A DNA stretch of 64,000 bases from the NCBI GenBank assembly GCA_040772485.1, contig JAXGYC010000007.1:864001-928000 (forward strand), read 5' to 3'. The stretch comes from Sedimentisphaerales bacterium. GTDB lineage: Bacteria; Planctomycetota; Phycisphaerae; Sedimentisphaerales; Anaerobacaceae. The first letter of the stretch is position 1; each line of letters opens with the position of its first letter. The notes under the pieces were generated by a model. The model was not told the DNA's origin. It saw nothing but the letters and a program-made list of their open reading frames with translations, and made no database searches. A program made the translations under genes and the position numbers. This document shows, in pieces, positions 27,491 through 38,401 of the stretch.

Positions 27491-29587
27491 ATGGAAAAGA
27501 TCAGCAGGATTCGGAACATCGGGATTTCGGCGCACATCGACTCGGGCAAGACCACGTTGAGCGAGCGCATTCTCTTCTATGCCGGCCGCATTCATCGCAT
27601 GCAGGAGGTCCACACCGGTGAGGGCGGGGCGACGATGGACTTCATGGAACTCGAACGCGAACGAGGGATCACCATCACCTCGGCCGCGACGCAGGTCACG
27701 TGGAAGGACAAGAGCATCAATCTCATCGACACACCCGGGCACGTGGACTTCACCGTCGAGGTTGAGCGGTCGCTGCGCGTGCTGGACGGGGCGATCATGG
27801 TCCTGTGCGCCGTCGGCGGCGTTCAGAGTCAGTCGATCACGGTCGACCAGCAGATGAAGCGCTATCGCGTGCCACGGATCGCGTTCGTCAACAAGATGGA
27901 CCGGACCGGGGCCGATCCCGACCGCGTCCGGCAGGACATGACCCATAAGCTGGGACTGAACGTCGTACCGATCCAATGGCAGATGGGCTGCGGCGACGCC
28001 TTCAAGGGGGTGATCGATCTGATCACCATGGAGGCAATCGTCTTCGAGGGCAAGGACGGTGAGAAAGTGGTCCGCGGTCCGGTCCCCGACGCCTGCCTCC
28101 CAGCCGCCAGGAAGGCGCGACAGGCGATGCTCGAGGCGCTGAGCATGTACAACGATCGGCTGATCGAGATGCTCCTGGAGGACCAGCCGGTCGAGGAGAG
28201 CCTGATTCGCAGAGTCATTCGCGAGGCCACGATCAACCGCGACATCGTCCCGATGATGATGGGCTCGGCCTTCAAGAACAAAGGCGTCCAGCCGCTGATG
28301 GATGCCGTGTGCGATTTCCTGCCCAGTCCGATGGATCGCTCCTATTTCGCTCGCGACCACGACAACGCGGGAACGGAAACCCCGCTGGCCAGCGATCCCG
28401 ACGCGCCGCTGGTGGCGATGATTTTCAAGATCGCCGATGAATCGTTCGGGCAGTTGAGTTATGTGCGCGTGTATCAAGGCCGGATCGTCAAAGGCCAGCA
28501 GTACCGCAACGCCCGCACCAACCGCATGCTGCGTGTAGGTCGCATTGTCCGGATGCACGCGAACGACCGCTCCGACATCAATGACGCCGGTCCGGGCGAC
28601 ATCATCGCCCTGCTGGCGGTCGAGTGCGCCAGCGGCGACACAATCTGCGGCGAAGGCATCAACTACTCGCTCGAGAGCATCTTCGTCGCCGACCCGGTCA
28701 TCAGCCTGTCCATTACGCCGGCTACCTCGGCCGACCAGGAGCGTATGGCCAAGGCGCTGAGCCGGTTCATGAAAGAGGACCCGACGTTTCGCGTCTCGAC
28801 GGACCCGGAGACAGGCGAGACGGTCATCGCCGGCATGGGTGAGCTCCATCTGGACATCTATGTGGAACGGATGCGGCGGGAGTACAAGGCCAGCGTGACG
28901 GTCGGCGCCCCGAACGTCAGCTACCGGGAAGCGCCCACCGCTGAGTCCGAATTCAACTATCGCCACAAGAAGCAGACCGGCGGGTCGGGCCAGTACGCCC
29001 ACGTGATCGGCCGCCTGATCCCTCTGGGACCGGACGCCGACGCGCCGTACGAGTTCGAGGACAACATCACCTCCGGACGCATCCCCAGCGAGTACATTCC
29101 CGCCGTCAACAAGGGTTTCCAGGCCGCGATGAAGAAGGGGCCGCTGGCCGGATACGAGATCGTCGGGTGCAAGATGTGCCTCGACGATGGGTCCTTCCAC
29201 GCGGTCGATTCCAGCGAGATGGCGTTCCGAATCGCCGGAAGGGACGCCTTCATCGAAGCCTTCAAGCGGTCCAGGCCCTGCCTCCAGGAGCCGATCATGA
29301 CCGTGGAGGTCGAAACGCCGACCGAGTTCCAGGGCCCTATCGTGGGCGATCTCAACAGCCGTCGCGGAATCATCATGGAAACCACCGCGCGTGACACGTA
29401 TACCGTGATCCGTGCCGAAGTGCCGTTGGCCAACATGTTCGGTTATGCGACCGTTGTGCGAGGACTGAGTCGGGGCATGGCGACCTTCTCCATGGAGATG
29501 TGCCGTTACGCTCAGGTCCCGACACGCCTGGCCGAAGAAATCATCAACCGACGTCGTGAGAAGAATCAGCAGCCGGTCCGGAAGTAA
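27491..29587 (+). CDS. fusA: Elongation factor G (stand-alone paralog, spdEFG1/mtEFG1-like)
   Basis: AHIDSGKTT, ERERGITI, DTPGHVDF, NKMD, GMGELHL, HKKQTGGSGQY. Confidence 0.95.
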   Translation: MEKISRIRNIGISAHIDSGKTTLSERILFYAGRIHRMQEVHTGEGGATMDFMELERERGITITSAATQVTWKDKSINLIDTPGHVDFTVEVERSLRVLDGAIMVLCAVGGVQSQSITVDQQMKRYRVPRIAFVNKMDRTGADPDRVRQDMTHKLGLNVVPIQWQMGCGDAFKGVIDLITMEAIVFEGKDGEKVVRGPVPDACLPAARKARQAMLEALSMYNDRLIEMLLEDQPVEESLIRRVIREATINRDIVPMMMGSAFKNKGVQPLMDAVCDFLPSPMDRSYFARDHDNAGTETPLASDPDAPLVAMIFKIADESFGQLSYVRVYQGRIVKGQQYRNARTNRMLRVGRIVRMHANDRSDINDAGPGDIIALLAVECASGDTICGEGINYSLESIFVADPVISLSITPATSADQERMAKALSRFMKEDPTFRVSTDPETGETVIAGMGELHLDIYVERMRREYKASVTVGAPNVSYREAPTAESEFNYRHKKQTGGSGQYAHVIGRLIPLGPDADAPYEFEDNITSGRIPSEYIPAVNKGFQAAMKKGPLAGYEIVGCKMCLDDGSFHAVDSSEMAFRIAGRDAFIEAFKRSRPCLQEPIMTVEVETPTEFQGPIVGDLNSRRGIIMETTARDTYTVIRAEVPLANMFGYATVVRGLSRGMATFSMEMCRYAQVPTRLAEEIINRRREKNQQPVRK

Positions 29588-29863
29588 GGATCTCCGGTCC
29601 GCTGCCATGGCTCCCGGGCGCGGCGCTGCCCCGCCGGGAAGCCAAGAACGCAGCCGGCAACGGGCTCCACATCGATGGGGTCCGTCGGTCCGGCGGGCGC
29701 CGCATGGTTCTTAGTGGAGTCTCACGCCGTTTGCTACACCGCGTCAGAACCTCACTCCACACCTGTAGTCCCGCTGAGGGTTGGTTGTGCCATCCCTTGG
29801 GGATTGTCGTTTTTGTCACCAGGCCGGGCGCTTGTACGTCCGTCCTACCTTTAGGATTGTTTC

Positions 29864-31144
29864 ATGCCATTCAAGACGTTTGGTCTTTCCGAACCGCTGG
29901 TGCAGGGAATCCTTGCCACCGGCTACACCACACCCACAGAAATCCAATCGCAGGCGATCCCGGTCGCGCTCGACGGCCATGATGTCATCGGCTGCGCCCA
30001 GACCGGGACCGGCAAGACGGCCGCGTTCGTCCTGCCGATCCTCAACCGGCTCGCTCACGAAAGAAGCAGGCCCAAGAAAGGAATCAAGTCGTTGATCCTG
30101 ACGCCGACGCGCGAGCTGGCGGTGCAGATCGAGCAGTCGATCCTCGGCTATGGTCGGTTTCTCCGCCTGCGGACGCTCGCCATCTACGGCGGCGTCAGCA
30201 TCGAGAACCAACTGAGCGCTCTGCGTCGCGGCGTCGACATCGTCGTGTCCACCCCGGGCCGGCTGCTCGACCACATGCACCGAGGCTCGATCCGCTTCGA
30301 AGCGATCGAGGTGCTCGTTTTGGATGAGGCCGATCGCATGCTGGACATGGGCTTCATCCGAGACGTGCGGAAGATCGTTGACGCCCTGCCCACAGACCGT
30401 CAGACGATGCTCTTCTCCGCCACCATCAGCCCCGAGATCAAGGGACTGTCGGCCGGCATGCAGAAGTCGCCGAAGATGATTCAGATCGGCCGCCCGCACA
30501 ATCCCATCGAGACCGTCACACAGCATGTCTATCCCGTCGAGAAATCGCAGAAGATCGATCTTCTGTTGCACATGCTCAAGAACAGCCCGATGTACAGCGT
30601 CCTGGTCTTCTCGCGAACCAAGCACGGGGCCGACAAGATCACGCGCCGGCTCGAACGGTCGGGCATCGTCTCCGTGGCGATCCACTCCGGACGCAGCCAG
30701 GGTCAGCGGCAACGGGCCCTCGACGGTTTCAAGAGCGGTAAGTACCAGGTCATGGTCGCGACGGACATTGCCGCACGCGGCATCGACGTCTCGGGCATCT
30801 CGCACGTGATCAATTTCGACGTCCCGGCGTTCGCAGAAGACTACATCCATCGGATCGGTCGCACCGGACGCGCCACCGCCACCGGCGACGCCATCACGTT
30901 CGTCTCGCAGGACGAGAAGAAGTACCTCGGGCAAATCGAGAAGTTCATCGGACGACGCTTCAGCCCACAGACGTGTCCGGGGTTCGCCTGTGTCGCGATG
31001 GAGCCCGCGCCGGCGGAGCCGAAGAAGAATCCCCCGCCGCGCCGTCACGGCCGGACCTTCGTCGCCGCCCGACCATCGTCGGTCCGTGCCAAGAGCGGGC
31101 CGGCCTGGCGCCGTCGCAGGAAAGCGAGGCCCCACTCTGCATAG
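29864..31144 (+). CDS. DEAD-box RNA helicase (RhlE-like)
   Basis: AQTGTGKT, PTRELA, DEAD, SAT, HRIGRTGR. Confidence 0.93.
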   Translation: MPFKTFGLSEPLVQGILATGYTTPTEIQSQAIPVALDGHDVIGCAQTGTGKTAAFVLPILNRLAHERSRPKKGIKSLILTPTRELAVQIEQSILGYGRFLRLRTLAIYGGVSIENQLSALRRGVDIVVSTPGRLLDHMHRGSIRFEAIEVLVLDEADRMLDMGFIRDVRKIVDALPTDRQTMLFSATISPEIKGLSAGMQKSPKMIQIGRPHNPIETVTQHVYPVEKSQKIDLLLHMLKNSPMYSVLVFSRTKHGADKITRRLERSGIVSVAIHSGRSQGQRQRALDGFKSGKYQVMVATDIAARGIDVSGISHVINFDVPAFAEDYIHRIGRTGRATATGDAITFVSQDEKKYLGQIEKFIGRRFSPQTCPGFACVAMEPAPAEPKKNPPPRRHGRTFVAARPSSVRAKSGPAWRRRRKARPHSA

Positions 31145-31265
31145 ACCACTGGCCACTCAAACGGAACGAAGCGCAGACGCCGCGATCTGGTGCTCGCGTC
31201 CTGCGCTGGTTTCCTGTCGGGTTTTCCTCTCGCTTTTGCAGCGATTCTGTAGTTCAATGCTGGCC

Positions 31266-32660
31266 ATGACAAGACCACGACACAGGGAAACAACCTCGAC
31301 AGACTCATCGCCGTCCACAGAATCGACTGAAGAGGCGTCGCAATCCAGCGAACCGTGCATCAACGAGGCCGTGACACCGCCCCCGCCGGACACCGAGCGG
31401 CGTGCCAAACGATCCCGAAGACGCCGCGGCGGCAGGAAGAAAGCGTCCTGGAGCCTCGAACAGTTCCAGGTGCCCGAGAAGCCGGGGGAGGTGCGGTTCC
31501 ACGACCTGGGGCTTCCCGACCCGATCATGCACGCGATCGCCGACCTGGGATTCAAGTATTGCACGCCGATCCAGGCGAAGGTCCTGATCCACGCACACGC
31601 CGGACAGAACATCTCCGGCCGAGCCCAGACGGGAACCGGAAAGACCGCCGCGTTCCTCATCACGATCTTCAGCAAGTTCCTCCAGGACCCCCTCCAGGCA
31701 GAAAGGCCGGCCGGATCGCCGCGCGCCCTCGTGCTGGCGCCCACGCGCGAGCTGGCCATCCAGATCGCAAAGGACGCTGAAGACCTCGGCAAGTACTGCC
31801 ACTTCAACTGCCTGGCGATCTATGGAGGTCTGGAGGTCAAGCGGCAGCAGCGGCGTCTGGACAGGGCGCCCGTCGATCTGATCGTGGCGACCCCCGGACG
31901 CCTGCTCGACTTCGTCAAGCGAGGCAGCATCAAGCTCAAGGACGTCGAGATCCTGGTCATCGACGAAGCGGACCGGATGCTCGATATGGGCTTCATCCCG
32001 GAGGTCAAGCGCATCATCCGCGAGACCCCGCCGAAGAACCACCGCCGCACCATGCTCTTCAGCGCCACGCTGACGGAGGATGTCCTGCGGCTGGCGTCTC
32101 AGTGGATGCCCGATCCGGTCATTTGCGAGGTCGAGCCCGAGCACGTGGCGGTCGAGACGGTCAACCAGATCGTCTACATCGTCACGTCGCGAGACAAGTT
32201 CAAGCTGCTCTACAACATTCTCAAGAAGCGGGCCGACGATCGGACGCTGATCTTCTGCAACCGGCGGGACCACACTCAGGCTCTGGTCAACAAGCTGAAG
32301 AAACACGGCATCGCGTGCGAACTGCTCTCCGGGGCGGTGCCCCAGAACAAGCGGCTGCGCATCCTCGAAGACTTCCGCACCGGCACGGTGCAGGTGGTCG
32401 TGGCCACCGACGTCGCCGGGCGGGGTCTGCACGTCAAGGACATCGGCCTGGTGGTCAACTACGAGTTCCCCTACGAGCCCGAGGATTACGTCCACCGCAT
32501 TGGACGCACCGGGCGCGCCGGCGTGGCCGGGACCTCGATCTCGTTCGCCTGCGAAGACGAATCGTTCATCATCCCCGCCATCGAGAAATATATCGGGAAT
32601 CCGCTCCACTGCGTCATGCCGGAAGAAGAGTTGCTCGCCAGAGTCTCACCCCCAACATAG
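31266..32660 (+). CDS. DEAD-box RNA helicase (RhlB-like)
   Basis: AQTGTGKT, DEADRM, ATDVAGRGLH, HRIGRTGR, SISFACE; start uncertain (31257/31266). Confidence 0.9.
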   Translation: MTRPRHRETTSTDSSPSTESTEEASQSSEPCINEAVTPPPPDTERRAKRSRRRRGGRKKASWSLEQFQVPEKPGEVRFHDLGLPDPIMHAIADLGFKYCTPIQAKVLIHAHAGQNISGRAQTGTGKTAAFLITIFSKFLQDPLQAERPAGSPRALVLAPTRELAIQIAKDAEDLGKYCHFNCLAIYGGLEVKRQQRRLDRAPVDLIVATPGRLLDFVKRGSIKLKDVEILVIDEADRMLDMGFIPEVKRIIRETPPKNHRRTMLFSATLTEDVLRLASQWMPDPVICEVEPEHVAVETVNQIVYIVTSRDKFKLLYNILKKRADDRTLIFCNRRDHTQALVNKLKKHGIACELLSGAVPQNKRLRILEDFRTGTVQVVVATDVAGRGLHVKDIGLVVNYEFPYEPEDYVHRIGRTGRAGVAGTSISFACEDESFIIPAIEKYIGNPLHCVMPEEELLARVSPPT

Positions 32661-32820
32661 CGTTGCGGCACGCCCGATAACCCAAAATGCCCCCGGATCG
32701 CCTGCTGCACTGGTCCGATCCGTCCGATCTGGCCGATAAATGGATGGAACCGCCCGGCCGTCGCGGCCGACGCGGGCGAATCGGATTTGACGAAACGAAA
32801 CAGTCCGGGGTGCGTCAGTT

Positions 32821-33591
32821 ATGCCAAGACCAGCGGAACCGACTTACGTGACCCAGCGGCTCCGGCATCGCACGAAACCTTGTCCCTATTGTGCCGAGGA
32901 AATCCGTTACGAGGCGATCAAGTGTCGCTTCTGCGGCGAGTTTCTGCACGGTGACCGGGCCCAGACCCGAACGAGGTTCGGCCCATCCAATCCTGATCCT
33001 GATCCGGAAGAGGCGGATCCGGATCTGCTGGATGAACAGGAGCAAGACGACGACGTTCTCTGGTACGGCCGGCCGAGCGTGTTCGCCCTGACGGGCGCCG
33101 CGATCAAGACAGGCATCCTCGTCACCGTCGGCTGGGCGGTCCTGAAGTACCGCGTGACCCAGGTGGCCGTCTTCGTGGACGCCTACCTGCCGAAGGTGAG
33201 CATTCCGGCCCAGCGACTGACCCAGGTCGAGGCCTGGATTGACCTCGGCGCGCTGGCGTTCATCGCAGCGGCCCTGTCCGTGTTGCTCTGGAAGATCCTC
33301 TCCCTGAAGAGCATCTACTACGAAGTCACGCCGGATCGGATCGAGTGGTCGCGAGGGATCTTCGACCGTCGCGTCGACAACCTCGACATGTTTCGCGTGA
33401 TCGACCTGAAATTGCGCCGCTCGCTCTGGGACTGCCTGCTCGGCATCGGCACGGTTCAACTGACCGCCAAGGACGAATCCGACCCCCACTTCGACTTCAT
33501 CAAGGTGCACGGCTGTCGCGACCTGTACGACGTCATCAAGGAAGCCGGACTCGAAGCAGACCGCACCCGCAACGTCATTCACGTCGAGTAG
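32821..33591 (+). CDS. Membrane protein with N-terminal zinc ribbon and bacterial PH domain
   Basis: CPYCAE..KCRFCGE, two TM segments, YEVT..RI...GIF..LGIGTV. Confidence 0.8.
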   Translation: MPRPAEPTYVTQRLRHRTKPCPYCAEEIRYEAIKCRFCGEFLHGDRAQTRTRFGPSNPDPDPEEADPDLLDEQEQDDDVLWYGRPSVFALTGAAIKTGILVTVGWAVLKYRVTQVAVFVDAYLPKVSIPAQRLTQVEAWIDLGALAFIAAALSVLLWKILSLKSIYYEVTPDRIEWSRGIFDRRVDNLDMFRVIDLKLRRSLWDCLLGIGTVQLTAKDESDPHFDFIKVHGCRDLYDVIKEAGLEADRTRNVIHVE

Positions 33592-33628
33592 GCTCGTCCG
33601 TTGCCCCAAACGCGCCCGACGACCGGCC

Positions 33629-34555
33629 TCAGTGCAGGCGGGCGTGCTCGCGTTCGAAGAGTCTCACGAAGGCTCCTTTGTTCGACGTGAGCCAGGTTTC
33701 GAACGTCTGCATCTTCGGGTTCAAGGCCCGGCACATCTCCAAATCCGCCCGTCGGTTAGGAATGTACAAACGGTTGAACTCGAACATGTTGGCCAGATCT
33801 TCGGCGCCGGGGAACCCCAGAGCGGCGAATTCCTCGCGAGGCACGTGGCGATAGGTCACCCTGGTTCCCAGGATGCGCGTCATCGTCTCGGCATACTGGT
33901 CGCCCGTCAGGTCGTCGCCGACGATACCGACCACCTTGCCGAGATAGTCCTGTGGCCTCTCGAAGAGGATCGAGACGATACTGCCCACGTCCTCGACCGC
34001 GACCCCCGCCAGGGGAGTGTCTGCCTGGGGGAATCCGAACGCGAAGGAGCCGTCCTCCTGCGCCTGCGGCGGGAAGAACGTCAGGAAGTTCTCGAAGTAG
34101 AACGCGACGTGGACGAATGTGGCCTTCAGGCCGAGACGACGCGTGTATTCTTCGAGCTGCGCCTTCATGTCGAGATGGGGCGCTTCGAGTTTTCCTCCGC
34201 TGATCTTCTTGCAGTGGGGCAGCGTGCTGAACACGAAATGCTCGACGCCGGACCGCTGGACCGCATCGACGAGGTTCCGGCCCTGTCCGTATTCCTTCTC
34301 GAAATGCTCCCAGAAGCTGGTCACGCCGTAGCAGCCGTAGCAGCCCCTCAGCGCCGCCCGGATGCTCCCGGCGTCTTCGAGGTCGCCCTGGACGATCTCG
34401 GCGCCTGCCTGGCGCAATGCTTTTGCCTTCTCGGAATCTGGATGCCGGCTCAGACAGCGGACTTGGAACGTGTTGCCGGCCAACAAGTGACGTGCAACAC
34501 TGCCGCCCTGGGCGCCGGTGGCGCCGACAACGAGAATGGTCTTCTTGGCTTCCAT
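33629..34555 (-). CDS. NmrA/HSCARG-family NAD(P)-binding protein
   Basis: GATGAQGGSV, HLDMK, FYFENF; GGAGG RBS. Confidence 0.9.
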   Translation of the reverse strand: MEAKKTILVVGATGAQGGSVARHLLAGNTFQVRCLSRHPDSEKAKALRQAGAEIVQGDLEDAGSIRAALRGCYGCYGVTSFWEHFEKEYGQGRNLVDAVQRSGVEHFVFSTLPHCKKISGGKLEAPHLDMKAQLEEYTRRLGLKATFVHVAFYFENFLTFFPPQAQEDGSFAFGFPQADTPLAGVAVEDVGSIVSILFERPQDYLGKVVGIVGDDLTGDQYAETMTRILGTRVTYRHVPREEFAALGFPGAEDLANMFEFNRLYIPNRRADLEMCRALNPKMQTFETWLTSNKGAFVRLFEREHARLH

Positions 34556-34791
34556 TGCCTTGTCCTCCAGCAAAACCTGGATGGTCGTTCTTCATAAGGG
34601 ATGCCGCCACTGCTGCGTATCTGCATCTCCATACGACCACCGATGCGGGAGCGGTTCGCGAATTCGCGTCTGCATCGCGGAGACTGCGCCAAGCGAGTCT
34701 GCGTTGTCGTGCGGATTGCAGCGCGGTATCATGGTACACAGCGTCGGGGATTCCGAAATGCGATGTTGACCGAGCAGCCGGAGAAGTGCTG

Positions 34792-35883
34792 ATGACGACG
34801 AAGACAGCGATAGTCCTTGCAGTGGCGGCCCTGATTGCCTCCCAGACGACCGGAAGCATCGGCGTGGAACGCCAGATTGTGCCCGCCCAGTCGCAGCGAA
34901 AGACGGTGGAGCCGGCGGTCATGCAGCGCGTCTACGAGGAGGCCAGGACACCGTTCAAATACGGCGTGATCCTCAAAGGCGAACACGACAGGAAACTCGA
35001 CTGCCCCAGCGTCTTTCGGTGCGATGCGAAATGGTACATGATCTACATCCTCTTCGACGGCGATGGATACGAGACCGCCATCGCCGACAGCAACGACCTG
35101 CTGAACTGGCGACCGCTGGGCCGGATTCTGCCGTTCCGCAACGAGGGGTGGGACGCCGTGCAGGCGGCCGGCTACGTCGCCCTCCAGGACACCACGTGGG
35201 CAGGCTCGTACGAACTGGAACGCTACGACGGTAAATACTGGATGTCGTACATCGGCGGCGCGCTGAAGGGCTACGAGACCGACCCGCTGGCGATCGGCAT
35301 CGCGTGGACGCAGGAGCCGACGCGACCGGCTCCGTGGCATCGCCTCGACGAACCGGTCCTGTCACGCGACCAGCCGGACGTGCGTCCCTGGGAGAGCCTG
35401 ACGCAGTACAAGAGCAACATCATTCACGACAAGGAGCGGACGCTCGGCTATCCGTTCGTGATGTTCTACAACGGCAAGGCCCAGGGCAGCCCGGAGCGGA
35501 TCGGCATGGCGGTCTCCCACGACATGCGACAGTGGCTGCGATACGGGACCGAACCGGTGATCGACAACCACACCGGCATCTCCGGCGATCCGCAGGTCGT
35601 GCGGATGGGCGACGTCTGGGTGATGTTCTACTTCGGAGCGTTCTGGCGACCCAAGGCCTTCGACACGTTCGCCTGCTCCCACGACCTGGTGCACTGGACC
35701 AGGTGGGACGGCCCCGACCTGGTGGCGCCCTCCGAACCGTACGACGAAACCTATGCCCACAAACCCTGGCTGGTCAAACACGAGGGAATCGTCTACCACT
35801 TCTACTGCGCCGTCGGTGACCAGGGGCGCGTCATCGCGCTGGCCACATCGCGCGATCTTCGTTCCAAGCCGGAACCACGTTAG
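34792..35883 (+). CDS. Secreted five-bladed beta-propeller glycosidase (GH32/43/130-like)
   Basis: N-terminal signal peptide; repeated blades (DCPSV, SxDLxxW, GDPQV, HKPW). Confidence 0.75.
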   Translation: MTTKTAIVLAVAALIASQTTGSIGVERQIVPAQSQRKTVEPAVMQRVYEEARTPFKYGVILKGEHDRKLDCPSVFRCDAKWYMIYILFDGDGYETAIADSNDLLNWRPLGRILPFRNEGWDAVQAAGYVALQDTTWAGSYELERYDGKYWMSYIGGALKGYETDPLAIGIAWTQEPTRPAPWHRLDEPVLSRDQPDVRPWESLTQYKSNIIHDKERTLGYPFVMFYNGKAQGSPERIGMAVSHDMRQWLRYGTEPVIDNHTGISGDPQVVRMGDVWVMFYFGAFWRPKAFDTFACSHDLVHWTRWDGPDLVAPSEPYDETYAHKPWLVKHEGIVYHFYCAVGDQGRVIALATSRDLRSKPEPR

Positions 35884-35887
35884 GCCC

Positions 35888-38128
35888 CTACGGCCAGAGC
35901 TGGCTGTCGAGCCATGCGTCGGCCAGGATCGCGAAGTCGCCAAAGTCCACCGTCCAACTGCCGTCCAGATCGGCGGTCAAACCCAGGTCCCAGGGGAGCC
36001 GGCCCGTGCCGTCACTGGCCAGATAGGCAACCTCCGCTTCGCTCAACGCGTAGTCGTAGATCTGGAAGTCGTCGATCAGGCCATCGTAGTGTCCATACCA
36101 GCCCGACCCGACCTGAAACGATTTGATGTCTCGGATCGGAGAATCGGTGCCCGAGCGGCTGTCGTAGAGCACGCCGTTGAGATAGACCCGCATCAGGCCC
36201 TTCTGTCCCGGCGATCCGACCCGAACGTCCTTGGTGAACGCCCAGTGGTTCCAGCGTCCGGTCCATTCGTTACTGGAACGGTGATGACCCGCGACGCGAT
36301 TGGCAAACGACCAGGGCGAGCCGCAATCCCAGCGATACTGCCCCGCATCCCTCCAGCAGCCCAGGTGCACGGCAATCGATGGATTGGACCGGCCGTAGCT
36401 GTAGTCCGAGCAGCACAGCGTGTCGTTGCGATGGGCCGAATCGTCGCCGCGCTGCCAGAATGCAATCGTGATCGCGTCGCCAATGCCGCCGAACACAGTC
36501 GGGGCGTTGGAAACCACCACGGCGTCACCCCGATTGACCATGTGGATGGCGCGTCCGTGCACGCCGGTCTCGAACGTCGGACGCCCCTGGATCTGCCCGT
36601 GGGCGAATCCCGCGCTGTCGTAGGCGTTGCCGTCGAACGCATACCACAGCACCGGCGCGCCCGGGGCGACCACATCCACCACCCGGCCGCGACTGCCGAG
36701 CCACTGCATCGCCATCTGCCTCAGGTCGCGGTGATCGACCCGGCAATCGGCCGTCAGGTCGGCCGACGAACGATGCTCCTCAAGGCATAGCGATGAGTAG
36801 AGACTGACGTCGTCGACGTAGATGGTTCCACTGCCGTACTCGCCCGGCTGGGCCGAGGGAAAAACAAATCCCAACGCCAGACTGGAAACCGCGCTCAGGT
36901 CCACCCCGTTGAAATCCGCCAGCGGAACTCGCCAGACGCCCCACTCCGGCCTCGTGAAGATTCCCTTGTCGCCGTCGTAGGTCACGCGGCACTCGGCAGT
37001 CCCGTCGCTCAGCGCCGCGTACATCCGGCCCTGGGTGTCGTTGCCCGGCATGCCGTACAGCCACAACACGAGGGTCCGGACCCCTGCCTGCGTCCAGTCC
37101 TGCGCCGGCTGGAAGTCGCGATACGTCTCGGAGAGGTAGACGCTGTCGTAGTAGTAGATGAACCGCATGCACTGAGGGCAACTGCGTCGGGCCTGAAACG
37201 ACTCTTCTCCGACGCGCGCCTTGCCGCGTGTGTGCCAGGTCTCGTAGAGATAGCCGCCGGAGATACCGTAGGTGTCGAAGTCGTCGATCACGATATGATC
37301 GACCGTGGTGAAGGACCAGACCTCGCCGGGGCCGGCTCCGTTGGCGTCCACCCGCCAGTAGTACTTCGTGTTCAGCGTCAATCCGTTGGGCTCGAAGCAG
37401 TTGGCGTCGGGCGGCAGAAGCGAGAGCCGGACCGATGCATCGGCCGATTCGACCAGAGACCGCCGGTCGCTGAGGTACAGGCTCTGGTCGACCGCAGCGC
37501 ATGCAGGCGTCCAGACCAGCGTCACGTCGGGCGCAACTCCCGTCGCGCCGTCGACAGGGGCTGGATGGTCGGCCTCGGGACCGCACGCCCGCAGGACACG
37601 GGCTTGCACCGACGCCACATCGAACCCCGGCGCGCCTCCCCCGTTGTCCAGCGCCACCAGACGTACGCCGCGAGGGGCAAACGGCGTGAACACCTCGGGC
37701 AGGTCCAGATCGATATAGCTGACCGCCTGGGTCGCCAGGTCCGCCTTGGCCAGGGCGATAGGGTATTCCTGGTCGGCCCCATCGGTGAGAAACACGATCG
37801 TCTCTTCGCCGGCCTTGCCCCACTCGCGGATCAGTACATCGTTGCCGTCGGCACCCACGATCGGGCCACGGTACAGCAGTTCCACCCAGTGATCGGTCGG
37901 CATCGTAACCGCCGACAGCTCCGACGGCGGAGGCCCGACCAGCCATTTGTCCGGCAGAACGGGAACGGGATACTCCCCGGTCGCGCTCATGCCGATCCAG
38001 CAACTGTCATCCGCATCGTAGGCGTCGCGCAGAGCGCTGGGGTACTCCAGGTCCCCCCCGTCCGCCCGAAGCGCAGACGTACAGCACAGCAACACCGTCC
38101 AGGCAGCGAACCACCCTGCCGTTGGCAT
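35888..38128 (-). CDS. Secreted LamG/jelly-roll multidomain protein with dockerin-like motifs
   Basis: Signal peptide, YYWRVD..GEVWSF module, WNHWAF and GLIDDFQIY LamG motifs, ADLTADCRVD and ADLDGSWTVDFGDF. Confidence 0.8.
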   Translation of the reverse strand: MPTAGWFAAWTVLLCCTSALRADGGDLEYPSALRDAYDADDSCWIGMSATGEYPVPVLPDKWLVGPPPSELSAVTMPTDHWVELLYRGPIVGADGNDVLIREWGKAGEETIVFLTDGADQEYPIALAKADLATQAVSYIDLDLPEVFTPFAPRGVRLVALDNGGGAPGFDVASVQARVLRACGPEADHPAPVDGATGVAPDVTLVWTPACAAVDQSLYLSDRRSLVESADASVRLSLLPPDANCFEPNGLTLNTKYYWRVDANGAGPGEVWSFTTVDHIVIDDFDTYGISGGYLYETWHTRGKARVGEESFQARRSCPQCMRFIYYYDSVYLSETYRDFQPAQDWTQAGVRTLVLWLYGMPGNDTQGRMYAALSDGTAECRVTYDGDKGIFTRPEWGVWRVPLADFNGVDLSAVSSLALGFVFPSAQPGEYGSGTIYVDDVSLYSSLCLEEHRSSADLTADCRVDHRDLRQMAMQWLGSRGRVVDVVAPGAPVLWYAFDGNAYDSAGFAHGQIQGRPTFETGVHGRAIHMVNRGDAVVVSNAPTVFGGIGDAITIAFWQRGDDSAHRNDTLCCSDYSYGRSNPSIAVHLGCWRDAGQYRWDCGSPWSFANRVAGHHRSSNEWTGRWNHWAFTKDVRVGSPGQKGLMRVYLNGVLYDSRSGTDSPIRDIKSFQVGSGWYGHYDGLIDDFQIYDYALSEAEVAYLASDGTGRLPWDLGLTADLDGSWTVDFGDFAILADAWLDSQLWP

Positions 38129-38401
38129 GACTCGACCTCCAACTCCGCCTTCCGATGTGCCCGGCCGGACCGCCGGACAGCTTGGCGACTTGCCGCCCCG
38201 GTATTATAGCATTTCCGTCCCTCCGATGCAAAACCCATGCCACCCCTTCGGCCCGCAAGACTGCGTCCAAATGAGCGGAAAAGCCTTGCCTTGCGCGGGT
38301 TTGTGGCTAAGCTCATGCGATGCGTGGCGTGCAGGTTCCGACAGACGTCGGGATCGACGGCCGTGCGTCCAGGGATTGGTGACTATGGGAGGAAATCGAG
38401 C

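Noticed and set aside
32710..32740. Three 9-bp units GTCCGATCC / GTCCGATCT / GGCCGATAA
   Set aside because: Too short and degenerate to assign a function
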